Part shown: piece by piece, positions 11,766 through 20,640 of the stretch
How positions within the stretch are numbered: the first letter of the stretch is position 1
Layout of the letters: each line of letters starts with the position of its first letter
Assembly (NCBI GenBank): GCA_031418995.1
Contig: JANOKA010000215.1
Location: 1 to 61,159, forward strand
Direction of reading: 5' to 3'
Source: Sphingomonadales bacterium
GTDB taxonomy: Bacteria > Pseudomonadota > Alphaproteobacteria > Sphingomonadales > Sphingomonadaceae
Length of the DNA: 61,159 bases
Program-made: the position numbers and the translations under genes
The notes under the pieces: model-generated
Databases searched by the model: none
What the model was told of the DNA's origin: nothing
Seen by the model: the letters and a program-made list of their open reading frames with translations, nothing else

Positions 11766-11799
11766 CCCACCGCCCTTCAACTTAAAATTGATCTATAAT

Positions 11800-13266
11800 T
11801 TAACGCGAAGCAACTTTCCTGCCCTGGCCTGATGCCAGTTTTACGGGTTGGTTGCCGCCAACATTGCGAACAATGCAGCTACCGCCCTTTGCTTTGATGC
11901 TATTGCAGACCGCGTCTGCGCCTTGTTTGCTGTCAAAACCCATGGCAGCCAGCCGAATGTAAGTTTTTCCGTTTACTACAACTGTTGAACTCGCGGAACT
12001 GAAACCCGATAGCACCGAATAACGGTTGCTGAATTGATCCCAAGCTTTTTTGGCGCTCTCGGCATTTGAAAAAGCACCGAGTTGAACCAAGTGTGAGCCT
12101 GTAACACCCGCGCTGCGATCCATTTTTGGGACGATATCAGCCAGAGCCAATTTTACTGGTTTTGAGTCGCCGCTGACTGCTTTGGGTGCATTAACCGCTT
12201 TCTGGTTTGACGCGATGCCGGCCCGTTTTGCTGGTCCTTTTTGTGCCATTATTAACGGCGCACGTTTGTCAGGGAAAATCAAACCTAAGACAGGGTTTGA
12301 AACCATCGTAATTCCATCAGCTTTGCTATTAGCTACAAAAGCAGGCGCTGCGTCAAGCGGCAAAGAAGCGACGCTTACATTTGTCTCGTTTGCCGCCTCA
12401 AAACCATCGCTGGCTGCCGTTGGAGCGGGCCCGATCGCTGACAATGCGCCATTTTGCCCTGCATATTGCATAGGCGCCGTAGGCGTTAATATGTCATTGG
12501 AAGCAAAACCAGCAGGTGCATTGGCAAGCGCCAAACGCACCGGCTGTCCTGCATCACTTTGCGGCGTTACTTTTAGCAATCCTGCAACGCGCATTTCATA
12601 CGCGCCGGGCCGGGCATACTGCGCCCATTCGACAATGCGTTCATTGACGCGGTCCTGATCCATATCCTGAACCGCCATCACGCGTGCTTCACGCCAGCGG
12701 CCATCCAACGCATATGCCAGTGCAAGATTCTGGCGTGTACGTGCCGTCGCGTTATCCGAACGGATGGCTTCGCTCAATACATCAATGGCACGGCCAGATT
12801 GTCCAGCCAAAGCCAACGTCAAACCATAATCACTCGCTGGAACAATTGCGCGATTGGATTCCACCAAAGCTATAGCCGATTCGACTTTACCCAGCGCAAT
12901 GCGGCTAAGTGCTAGCGATATTACCGTGCGCGGATCAACTTGCCCTAAATCAACAACATCCATCCATGTGCGTTCTGCTGACAAAAAGCGTCCTTGCGCC
13001 ATATAAAGCTGTGCAAGTTGTGCGCGATATTCTTTATTCTGGAAATCGTTTTCAACTGCGGCTTCGCTAAACATGATAGCTTTATCCAGCTGACCCTTTG
13101 CCTGCGCTTTTTCAGCTTTCAGCGCCCATGCATGTGCTTTTTTTGCCAATGCAGTGGTTTTGGTCACCGTCATGGTGTTGCTGATGCCTAAGCTGGTACA
13201 GCCAATCGTTGGCACGGCAACAAAAGCACTCGTCAAAGCTAGCTTTATCATAAAATTGCTGGTCAT
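11800..13266 (-). CDS. TPR + SPOR domain protein, probable lipoprotein
   Basis: Signal ending PTIGC; TPR helices (RQNLALAYALDG); C-terminal VQLGAFSNAESAKKAW...GGSCIV SPOR domain; GAGGTG RBS. Confidence 0.88.
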   Translation of the reverse strand: MTSNFMIKLALTSAFVAVPTIGCTSLGISNTMTVTKTTALAKKAHAWALKAEKAQAKGQLDKAIMFSEAAVENDFQNKEYRAQLAQLYMAQGRFLSAERTWMDVVDLGQVDPRTVISLALSRIALGKVESAIALVESNRAIVPASDYGLTLALAGQSGRAIDVLSEAIRSDNATARTRQNLALAYALDGRWREARVMAVQDMDQDRVNERIVEWAQYARPGAYEMRVAGLLKVTPQSDAGQPVRLALANAPAGFASNDILTPTAPMQYAGQNGALSAIGPAPTAASDGFEAANETNVSVASLPLDAAPAFVANSKADGITMVSNPVLGLIFPDKRAPLIMAQKGPAKRAGIASNQKAVNAPKAVSGDSKPVKLALADIVPKMDRSAGVTGSHLVQLGAFSNAESAKKAWDQFSNRYSVLSGFSSASSTVVVNGKTYIRLAAMGFDSKQGADAVCNSIKAKGGSCIVRNVGGNQPVKLASGQGRKVASR

Positions 13267-13299
13267 TGCATCACCTCACAGAAAACGAATATATTCAAA

Positions 13300-13968
13300 T
13301 TATTTGCTTGCCGGCACCCGAGCAGCGAGCTGCGCGATTTCAGGCATACTATCAAGAAACGCATCAAGCGCGTCAGTAACGAGCATTTGCGCAGAGCGGT
13401 TGCCAACCGCACATGCCAAACGAAGCTTCAAATGCCGTTCGGTATCCAAGCGCAATGTAAATGCAGCTTTGCCTTTTGAACCTGGCGCAGCTCGCTTGCG
13501 TGGTTGAACAGCCATGGCCGCAACCGGAGCGTTATGTAAGGCAACCACTGGCGGCACGGCCATTTGAACAACGACAGGTTCCGAAACAACAGTTTCAAAT
13601 ACTGCGACGTCTGCAACATCGTTGATAACAGCGGCAGTGGGGGTGAGCACGGGAATACATTCAAAACCAACTTCGGCCTGCGCCTCCAACTGCCGTGCGA
13701 TCATTTGTTGCTGTTCGCGTACAACAGAGCTTGCTTCTGGTACCGCGTTTGCAAGCGGATTGCGGGTAAAATCGTGGTCGTGATCCATGGGAACAGTTTG
13801 ATCGGGATCAACATCATATCCCATATCGTTCCAGCCCAAGTCTTCATGCAAAACCGACATGTTGCCCATATTTCCCTCGGCAGAAGGACGCCGCATCGCA
13901 GGTCGCGCAGCACCCTTTCTTGCAAGCAAAAGCCCGGAAAGGGATGCGATAGGTTTTGGTTCGCCCAT
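13300..13968 (-). CDS. Hypothetical protein with C-terminal ribbon-helix-helix-like domain (putative ParA partner)
   Basis: AAGGAAG RBS then MGEPKPIASL; C-terminal AAFTLRLDTERHLKLRLACAVGNRSAQMLVTDALDAFL. Confidence 0.8.
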   Translation of the reverse strand: MGEPKPIASLSGLLLARKGAARPAMRRPSAEGNMGNMSVLHEDLGWNDMGYDVDPDQTVPMDHDHDFTRNPLANAVPEASSVVREQQQMIARQLEAQAEVGFECIPVLTPTAAVINDVADVAVFETVVSEPVVVQMAVPPVVALHNAPVAAMAVQPRKRAAPGSKGKAAFTLRLDTERHLKLRLACAVGNRSAQMLVTDALDAFLDSMPEIAQLAARVPASK

Positions 13969-13985
13969 AATATCTTCCTTTCGCT

Positions 13986-14708
13986 TTAAGAGCCAAACAC
14001 GCGGCGACCAAAGCCACCCATCGGACGTGCATTGGCAGCTTGCGTGTTTGCGGCAGCGGCAGGGGCACTGAACACAGTGCGTCGAAAATTCTTTTCCAAA
14101 CGATCGGAAACATAATCCCACAATTGCTGCACCTCCTGTGCAGAACGGCCATTGGGATCAACCTCCATAACCGTGCGGCCATCTATCATTGATGCAGCAA
14201 AATCTGTCCGATGATGCAGGGTTACCGGGGCAACGGTGCCATGTTGTGACAGTGCAACCGCAGCCTCAGATGTAATCTTGGCTTTCGGTGTTGCCGCGTT
14301 GACGACAAAGATCAGTGGCTTTCCAGCGCGCTCGCATAAATCAACCGTTGCGCCAACTGCCCGTAGATCATGTGGGCTTGGACGGGTTGGGACAACAATC
14401 AATTCAGCGACAGATATAACGCTTTGTATTGCCATTGTAATTGCGGGCGGTGTATCGATGACTGCTAACTTAAAGCCCTGCTGCCGCAATACTGCTAAGT
14501 CAGTAGCAAGCCTTGCCACGGTGGTTTGGGCAAAGGCAGGCAATTCTGCCTCGCGCTCATTCCACCAGTCAGCGGTCGAGCCTTGCGGGTCGATGTCGAT
14601 AAGGACTACGGGCCCTGCGCCAGCAAGCTGTGCTTGAACCGCTAGATGTCCAGATAGAGTAGTTTTACCCGATCCGCCTTTTTGTGATGCCAATGCGAGA
14701 ACCCGCAC
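13986..14708 (-). CDS. ParA/MinD family ATPase
   Basis: Deviant Walker A KGGSGKTT, DIDPQGS, DTPP. Confidence 0.95.
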   Translation of the reverse strand: MRVLALASQKGGSGKTTLSGHLAVQAQLAGAGPVVLIDIDPQGSTADWWNEREAELPAFAQTTVARLATDLAVLRQQGFKLAVIDTPPAITMAIQSVISVAELIVVPTRPSPHDLRAVGATVDLCERAGKPLIFVVNAATPKAKITSEAAVALSQHGTVAPVTLHHRTDFAASMIDGRTVMEVDPNGRSAQEVQQLWDYVSDRLEKNFRRTVFSAPAAAANTQAANARPMGGFGRRVFGS

Positions 14709-14756
14709 ATCAATCCCCTTTGAGTAAGTTTCAGGAACGGAAATGGCAGGATAGGG

Positions 14757-14772
14757 CTAATATCTGGTTAAC
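14757..14772. promoter_or_regulatory. CtrA-like box in the parA/SPOR divergent promoter
   Basis: CTAA-N7-TTAAC, one mismatch to TTAA-N7-TTAAC. Confidence 0.45.
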
Positions 14773-14956
14773 GTGTTGCGGAATAATCGCACGGCTGATT
14801 CAGCAAAGGTCAGCTGAAAACTATCCATTTACGATCATAAAGGCACAATTTGAGTGTTCTAAAATCCGTACCAAAGAGATTTCAGCGGCAAATTTACCAA
14901 ATTGCAGTAAACTTTTCGTTATATATAAGAAGACTGACGGATTTGGAGTGAAAGAC

Positions 14957-16015
14957 ATGGCAAGACAATCAATTATCGCATCAATTGGCTATGCCGCATG
15001 CGCAATAGGCCTGATCGCTGCGCCTGCAATGGCCGATGTAAAAGCTGGCGTAGAGGCATGGACACGCGGCGAATATGAAACAGCGGTAAAGGAATGGCGA
15101 CCTGCCGCACTCAAGGGTGATTCCGACGCACAATTTAATCTAGGACAAGCATATAAGCTAGGACGCGGCGTAAAAACCGATTTCAATGTAGCGTTGGACT
15201 GGTATCGCCGTGCCGCACTTCAAGGACATCTACAGGCGTCCGATAGCTATGGGCACCTTCTGCATTATCAGGGCAAGGTAAGCGATGCTCTGCCATATTT
15301 GCAGTCTTCGGCAGATCGCAGTGAGCCGCGTGCCCAATATCTGCTGGGAACAGAGTTGTTTAATGGCGTACATATGCAAAAAGACTGGGTAAGCGCTTAC
15401 GCTCTTATGACCCGTGCATCCTCGTCTGGCATGGCTCCTGCTTCACGTAGCTTGGCCCAAATGGATCAGTTTATTCCGCTTGATCAACGCCAACAAGGCA
15501 TCGCCCTTGCCGGAGAGCTGGAAAAACGCGGTAACGCAAATCGGTCAGCCCAAATCGCAGGTTTCCCGATTAATACAGCACCACCAGTCCCAACGGGCCG
15601 TCCGGTTGATATTCCGCCATCAACACCCTCCCCGAGCACGGCATCTGGTTTTCCAACCAGCTTGCCCGCGCCATTACCTTCAAACCCGAATGCAGCTCCG
15701 GCTGTACCGCGACCCTATCCATCAACGCCTTCAGTTCGGCCTATCCAGCAGCCAGTTCGAACAGCTTCGGCATCCACCAAGGACAGTAATTGGAGGATAC
15801 AGCTTGGCGCATTTAGTAATGAGGCTAATGCCCGCAAGCTATGGACTTCACTAGAATCGCGTGTTGATGCATTGGCAACATTACAGCCCTATTTGAAAGC
15901 GACTGGAAAACTTACCCGTTTACAAGCTGGTCCTTTTGCATCGCGTACCGCCGCAGAGGCCGCATGCGGCAAAGTGCGTGCAGCTGGCCAAACTTGTATT
16001 ACTGTTGACAAATAA
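14957..16015 (+). CDS. Sel1-repeat + SPOR domain secreted protein
   Basis: Signal peptide (APAMA), Sel1 repeats (DAQFNLGQAYKLGRGV), Pro-rich linker, WRIQLGAFSNEANARKLW SPOR; GGAG RBS. Confidence 0.9.
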   Translation: MARQSIIASIGYAACAIGLIAAPAMADVKAGVEAWTRGEYETAVKEWRPAALKGDSDAQFNLGQAYKLGRGVKTDFNVALDWYRRAALQGHLQASDSYGHLLHYQGKVSDALPYLQSSADRSEPRAQYLLGTELFNGVHMQKDWVSAYALMTRASSSGMAPASRSLAQMDQFIPLDQRQQGIALAGELEKRGNANRSAQIAGFPINTAPPVPTGRPVDIPPSTPSPSTASGFPTSLPAPLPSNPNAAPAVPRPYPSTPSVRPIQQPVRTASASTKDSNWRIQLGAFSNEANARKLWTSLESRVDALATLQPYLKATGKLTRLQAGPFASRTAAEAACGKVRAAGQTCITVDK

Positions 16016-16030
16016 ATTACTGAAATTGCT

Positions 16031-16564
16031 TTATGGACAGAGTTTTTCAAAATCTCTGCCCAAAGCACGCCGGGCATTATCATCGCCGTTTTCGACAATA
16101 AAATAGCGGGTTCCTGATAAACTGGCACGCGGCGAGCAGTATGTTTCACAGCCTTGTTGAAGAGCGCCAGGAAAGCGTAATTCGATGCCGTCAAAATGCG
16201 CTTCAAAATTGCAATCCGATTTACCCGAAAGTGCAACTTTAACGTTTTCGCCGTTGATTGAAGCAGAACCGCGTGCCTCGCATTTGCTTTCGGGCCCAAA
16301 TACGGCAAGTATTCCGATTTCATATTGTTTGGCTCCGCTTTTAACGGCGCAAAATTTGTCGGTGCCCAAATCGCTGCGCGTTTCGTAACGCCCTCCGAAA
16401 ATCAGATTTTCTGCATCTGGTAGAATACCGGCAGCCACCGCCTTTTTATCTAGAGCTATACCTGTATCACCAAGGGCGCTATCCGAACTAATCTTACTAA
16501 CCGGATTATCGCAGCCCGGCAGTGCAATAATACATAAGATCGCTGCTATTGTGGGTAACCTCAC
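16031..16564 (-). CDS. Cys-containing lipoprotein, hypothetical
   Basis: GTG start overlapping hisI stop (GTGA); lipobox LPGC. Confidence 0.75.
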   Translation of the reverse strand: MRLPTIAAILCIIALPGCDNPVSKISSDSALGDTGIALDKKAVAAGILPDAENLIFGGRYETRSDLGTDKFCAVKSGAKQYEIGILAVFGPESKCEARGSASINGENVKVALSGKSDCNFEAHFDGIELRFPGALQQGCETYCSPRASLSGTRYFIVENGDDNARRALGRDFEKLCP

Positions 16565-16920
16565 AGAGCCTCCAATCCTTCGGCAGTCAGTTTGCGATAA
16601 AAGCAACTGCGCACGCCAGTGTGGCACGTTGGTCCCTCCGCCCGTGCCTTGATCCATATCGCATCTTGGTCACAATCAACAAAGGCTACGGCCAAATGCA
16701 AAAAATGCCCGCTGCTTTCGCCTTTTTGCCAGAGCGCTTGACGGCTTCGGGAAAAGAAATGGACGGTTCCTGTTTCGAATGTCTTTGCAATGGCTTCGGC
16801 ATTCATATGCCCCACCATCAATAGCGTTCCATCGGATATATCGCTGATAACCGCTGTAATCAGGCCATTTGAATCAAATTTTGGATCAAAACGCAATCCA
16901 TTTTCCCGGTCATTTTCCAT
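16561..16920 (-). CDS. hisI: Phosphoribosyl-AMP cyclohydrolase
   Basis: FFSRSR, KGESSG, DCDQD, CHTGVRSCF. Confidence 0.96.
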   Translation of the reverse strand: MENDRENGLRFDPKFDSNGLITAVISDISDGTLLMVGHMNAEAIAKTFETGTVHFFSRSRQALWQKGESSGHFLHLAVAFVDCDQDAIWIKARAEGPTCHTGVRSCFYRKLTAEGLEAL

Positions 16921-16927
16921 ACCAATG

Positions 16928-16956
16928 CAGCTAACGCAGTGTGGCCAAAAGAGCAA
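16928..16956 (-). promoter_or_regulatory. Putative sigma70 promoter, leaderless hisI
   Basis: TTGCTC-N17-TAGCTG-N7-ATG. Confidence 0.5.
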
Positions 16957-17051
16957 TCATTTGGCAATTCATAAAAACGTAATACAGGGGGCAGACATCG
17001 CGCTTTACTGTCCCTATACGCAAGCCAATCTTGGCGCAGGCGGATTCGGAT

Positions 17052-18518
17052 ATGGGACATTTAACCACTCACCCCTTTGATGATGATAAACTGCGCGAGG
17101 AATGCGGTGTTTTCGGGGTTTCGAGGGTTGAGGGAGCTGCCGCTATGGTCGCGCTCGGATTACATGCCCTTCAACATCGCGGTCAGGAAGCTGCTGGTAT
17201 CTCCAGCTACGACGATTTCGAATTTCATACGCACCGTGCGATGGGCCATGTAGCAGGTAATTTCGACCGTGAGGATATTATTGGCGCCCTGATCGGTGAA
17301 AGTGCGATTGGCCATGTGCGCTATTCAACTACCGGCGAGACATCCCTACGCAATGTACAGCCATTATACGCTGATTTGGTTTCGGGTGGTTTTGCCGTCG
17401 CGCACAATGGAAACATCTCGAATGCCTTGTCCTTGCGCAGTGACTTGGTTCGGCGAGGATCTATATTTCAGTCAACATCGGATACAGAAGTTATCATTCA
17501 TTTGGTCGCGACATCGGGTTATCGGACATTGCTAGACCGCCTGATTGATGCTCTAAAACGGGTTGAAGGTGCTTATTCGCTGCTTTGCCTAACGCCGGAG
17601 GGTATGATCGCCTGCCGTGATCCCTTGGGTATTCGGCCTTTGGTAATGGGTAAACTTGGCGATGCCATTATTTTCGCTTCTGAAACCGTTGCGCTTGATA
17701 TTGTTGGTGCAGATTTTGTCCGCGAGGTTGAACCCGGCGAGCTTATTGTTGTTCGCCAAGGAGAGATTTATTCGCACAAACCATTCCTGACATTGTCGCC
17801 GCGCCCATGCATTTTTGAGCATGTCTATTTTTCGCGTCCCGATTCAATCGTGGCCGGAACCAGTGTTTATGCTGTGCGCAAGGCAATTGGTGCGGAACTT
17901 GCAAAAGAGAACGGCGTCGATGTCGACTATGTCATTCCAGTGCCTGACAGCGGCACGCCCGCCGCAATTGGATATGCCGAAGCGGCTGGTATCCCCTTTG
18001 AATTGGGCATAATCCGGTCGCATTATGTTGGCCGTACTTTCATTCAACCCGGTGACGGTGTTCGCCATTTGGGCGTTAAGTTAAAACACAACGCCAATCG
18101 GCATTTAGTTCTGGGAAAAAAAATTGTTCTCATTGACGACTCAATTGTACGCGGGACTACATCTTTGAAAATTGTACAAATGATGCGGGAGGCAGGCGCT
18201 GCCGAAGTCCATATGCGCATCGCCAGCCCGCCCACACAAAACAGCTGCTTTTACGGTGTTGATACACCTGAGCGGTCTAAATTGCTCGCCAGTCGCATGG
18301 ACATAGAACAAATGCGCGACTTCATTCAAGCAGATAGCCTTGCATTCGTTTCAATCGACGGCCTCTATCGTGCTTTGGGTGAGTTGAAACGGAATGATTT
18401 AAAACCTCAATATTGTGATGCGTGTTTTACAGGGCAATATCCAACAACGCTTACCGATCATGACGGTATTGGGGAAGATCAGCAATTGGATTTGATGAGC
18501 GAAAGAAAGCTTGCTTAA
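17052..18518 (+). CDS. purF: Amidophosphoribosyltransferase
   Basis: EECGVFG propeptide/Cys nucleophile, LQHRGQE, DDSIVRGTT. Confidence 0.97.
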   Translation: MGHLTTHPFDDDKLREECGVFGVSRVEGAAAMVALGLHALQHRGQEAAGISSYDDFEFHTHRAMGHVAGNFDREDIIGALIGESAIGHVRYSTTGETSLRNVQPLYADLVSGGFAVAHNGNISNALSLRSDLVRRGSIFQSTSDTEVIIHLVATSGYRTLLDRLIDALKRVEGAYSLLCLTPEGMIACRDPLGIRPLVMGKLGDAIIFASETVALDIVGADFVREVEPGELIVVRQGEIYSHKPFLTLSPRPCIFEHVYFSRPDSIVAGTSVYAVRKAIGAELAKENGVDVDYVIPVPDSGTPAAIGYAEAAGIPFELGIIRSHYVGRTFIQPGDGVRHLGVKLKHNANRHLVLGKKIVLIDDSIVRGTTSLKIVQMMREAGAAEVHMRIASPPTQNSCFYGVDTPERSKLLASRMDIEQMRDFIQADSLAFVSIDGLYRALGELKRNDLKPQYCDACFTGQYPTTLTDHDGIGEDQQLDLMSERKLA

Positions 18519-18520
18519 TT

Positions 18521-19231
18521 GTGACTGATTTAGCGTTTTCCGGAAAAATCGCTTTGGTAACCGGCGCAAGCCGAGGCATTGGCGCTGCTACCGCACATGC
18601 GTTGGCGGCAATGGGCGCGCATGTTGTTATTACAGCGCGGTCGGCAAAAGATTTGGAAACCATAGAAGAACAGATTTTCGAATCAGGCGGATCAGCCACG
18701 ATCGCGCCGCTTGATTTAACCGACGGTGACAGCATCGCTCGGCTGGCTGGCGCGGTGAAAGAGCGTTGGGGCAAACTCGACATGCTTGTTCTAAACGCCG
18801 CGATGCTGGGCACGCTTACGCCCGTTCCGGCAATAGATGGCGCAGAGTTAGGCCGCGTTCTGACCCTGAATGTAATTGCACAACAAGCGATTATAGCAAA
18901 TTTTGACAGTCTTTTGCGTGCATCTGATGCCGGGCGCTTAATAGCTATTACATCAAGTGTTGGCGCGATACCGCGCGCATATTGGGGCGCATATGGCGCA
19001 TCTAAAGCCGCTCTTGAAAACCTAGTCCTTAGCTACGGCGACGAGATGGAAAATATCTCGAAATTGCGCGTGGCCATTGTCGATCCCGGTAAAACCCGAA
19101 CGGCAATGCGCGCCAAAGCTTATCCCGGCGAAGACCCGAAATCGGTAAAAGAACCGCATGTCGTTGCAACGGCCATAACCGAATTACTGCAATCAGATTT
19201 TGCGACAGGCCACCGACTGGTAGTTGGCTGA
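18521..19231 (+). CDS. Short-chain dehydrogenase/reductase
   Basis: TGASRGIG and YGASK motifs. Confidence 0.92.
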   Translation: MTDLAFSGKIALVTGASRGIGAATAHALAAMGAHVVITARSAKDLETIEEQIFESGGSATIAPLDLTDGDSIARLAGAVKERWGKLDMLVLNAAMLGTLTPVPAIDGAELGRVLTLNVIAQQAIIANFDSLLRASDAGRLIAITSSVGAIPRAYWGAYGASKAALENLVLSYGDEMENISKLRVAIVDPGKTRTAMRAKAYPGEDPKSVKEPHVVATAITELLQSDFATGHRLVVG

Positions 19232-19233
19232 AC

Positions 19234-20640
19234 TTACCCCTTAATCTGTGCATACGCAGCCAACGCCCGTTCCCGCGCCTGTTTATGCCCGATGATTTTG
19301 CGCGGATAACCCTTGGGCCGCGCTCCATGTTCTTCGGGATCGTGGATGTAAGGCTCGCTCAATTCAGCCAGTTCCGGAATCCAGCGACGGATATATCCCG
19401 CAGCATCAAATTTCTCGGACTGCGATAACGGCGCCATGATCCGCACAAACATGTTGCTGTCGACGCCCGTTCCCGCCGTCCACTGCCAATTGGTTGCATT
19501 GCTGGCGTAATCGGCATCGACTAGCGTGTCCCAAAACCATTTTTCGCCTTCACGCCAATCAATCAACAGGTGCTTAATAAGAAATGACGCCGTAATCATT
19601 CTAACGCGGTTATGCATCCATCCCGTTGCCCAGAGTTCGCGCATACCCGCATCGACAATCGGGTAGCCTGTTTGCCCCGTCTGCCAAGCCTTCAAATCAG
19701 CCGCGACATCCGCGTCCGCCACATTATGCCAAAGCAACGCATCAAAAGCCTCACGTGCATTTTTGCTTCCATAATCGGGATATTGCAGGATTACGTTCAT
19801 CCCGTATTCGCGCCAGACAAGTTCCTTCCTGAAAACCTCCGACGATCCCCCTGCCCCCATCGTCGCGTGCCAGCATGCACCTGGTGAAATTTCGCCAAAA
19901 TGCAGATGAGGGGACAGGAACGACGTGCCCGGAATTGACGGAAAGTTGCGTTTTTCATCGTACACTTTTGCCTTACCTGCAAAAGCATCAAGACGCGTAT
20001 GCGCGCCAGCCTCGCCCGGAGTCCACATATCGGCCATGCCCCCTGCCCAATTCGGTTTGGTGGGCAACAGGTTCCAATCCTCCAGATTATCGCTTTCGGG
20101 CCAGATGTCTGGCCTAGCAATTGCGGTAGGTGCGGGCAAAGGCGCGGGCGGCGGCATATGTTGCGACAGCGCTCGCCAAAACGGCGTGTAAATCTTAAAT
20201 GGTCCGCCGCTGCCTGTTTTAACGGTTCCGGGCGGCAAAAGATAATTGCCATGATGTCGCTCAAGCGTGCAGCCTTCGGGTAAGCCATCCTTGATTGCGC
20301 GTTCTGCATTACGCCACCACGCCTCGTAATGATAGTTGGTGTACACCGCCAAAGCCGCAGTTTTCTGCGCAAGTTCACACATGATTGCAGCAGAACTCCC
20401 CTGCCGCAGAATCAACTGCGAGCCCAGTTTTCGCAAGTCCGCATCGAGTGATTTCAACGAATGATGTAGCCACCACCGCGACGCCCCGCCCATCTTGCGA
20501 TGCTTGGGCGTTTCATCGTCGAGGATAAAGACGGGTATGACAGGTGAACCGCTGGCGATAGCGGCGGACAATGCAGGTTGATCGGCAAGGCGAAGATCGC
20601 GGCGAAGCCATAGGATTACGGGTGCGGTCAAATCATTCAT
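19234..20640 (-). CDS. phrB: Deoxyribodipyrimidine photolyase (CPD photolyase/cryptochrome family)
   Basis: WLRRDLRLAD, TSFLSPHLHFGEIS, TGYPIVDAGMREL, MHNRVRM, NWQW. Confidence 0.95.
   Translation of the reverse strand: MNDLTAPVILWLRRDLRLADQPALSAAIASGSPVIPVFILDDETPKHRKMGGASRWWLHHSLKSLDADLRKLGSQLILRQGSSAAIMCELAQKTAALAVYTNYHYEAWWRNAERAIKDGLPEGCTLERHHGNYLLPPGTVKTGSGGPFKIYTPFWRALSQHMPPPAPLPAPTAIARPDIWPESDNLEDWNLLPTKPNWAGGMADMWTPGEAGAHTRLDAFAGKAKVYDEKRNFPSIPGTSFLSPHLHFGEISPGACWHATMGAGGSSEVFRKELVWREYGMNVILQYPDYGSKNAREAFDALLWHNVADADVAADLKAWQTGQTGYPIVDAGMRELWATGWMHNRVRMITASFLIKHLLIDWREGEKWFWDTLVDADYASNATNWQWTAGTGVDSNMFVRIMAPLSQSEKFDAAGYIRRWIPELAELSEPYIHDPEEHGARPKGYPRKIIGHKQARERALAAYAQIKG

Noticed and set aside
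14684-14956. 91-codon N-terminal extension of the Sel1-SPOR ORF (and similar extensions of tig, OFOR alpha, DUF937, chvI)
   Set aside because: A downstream ATG with RBS or promoter and signal peptide fits better; the extensions run through promoter DNA.
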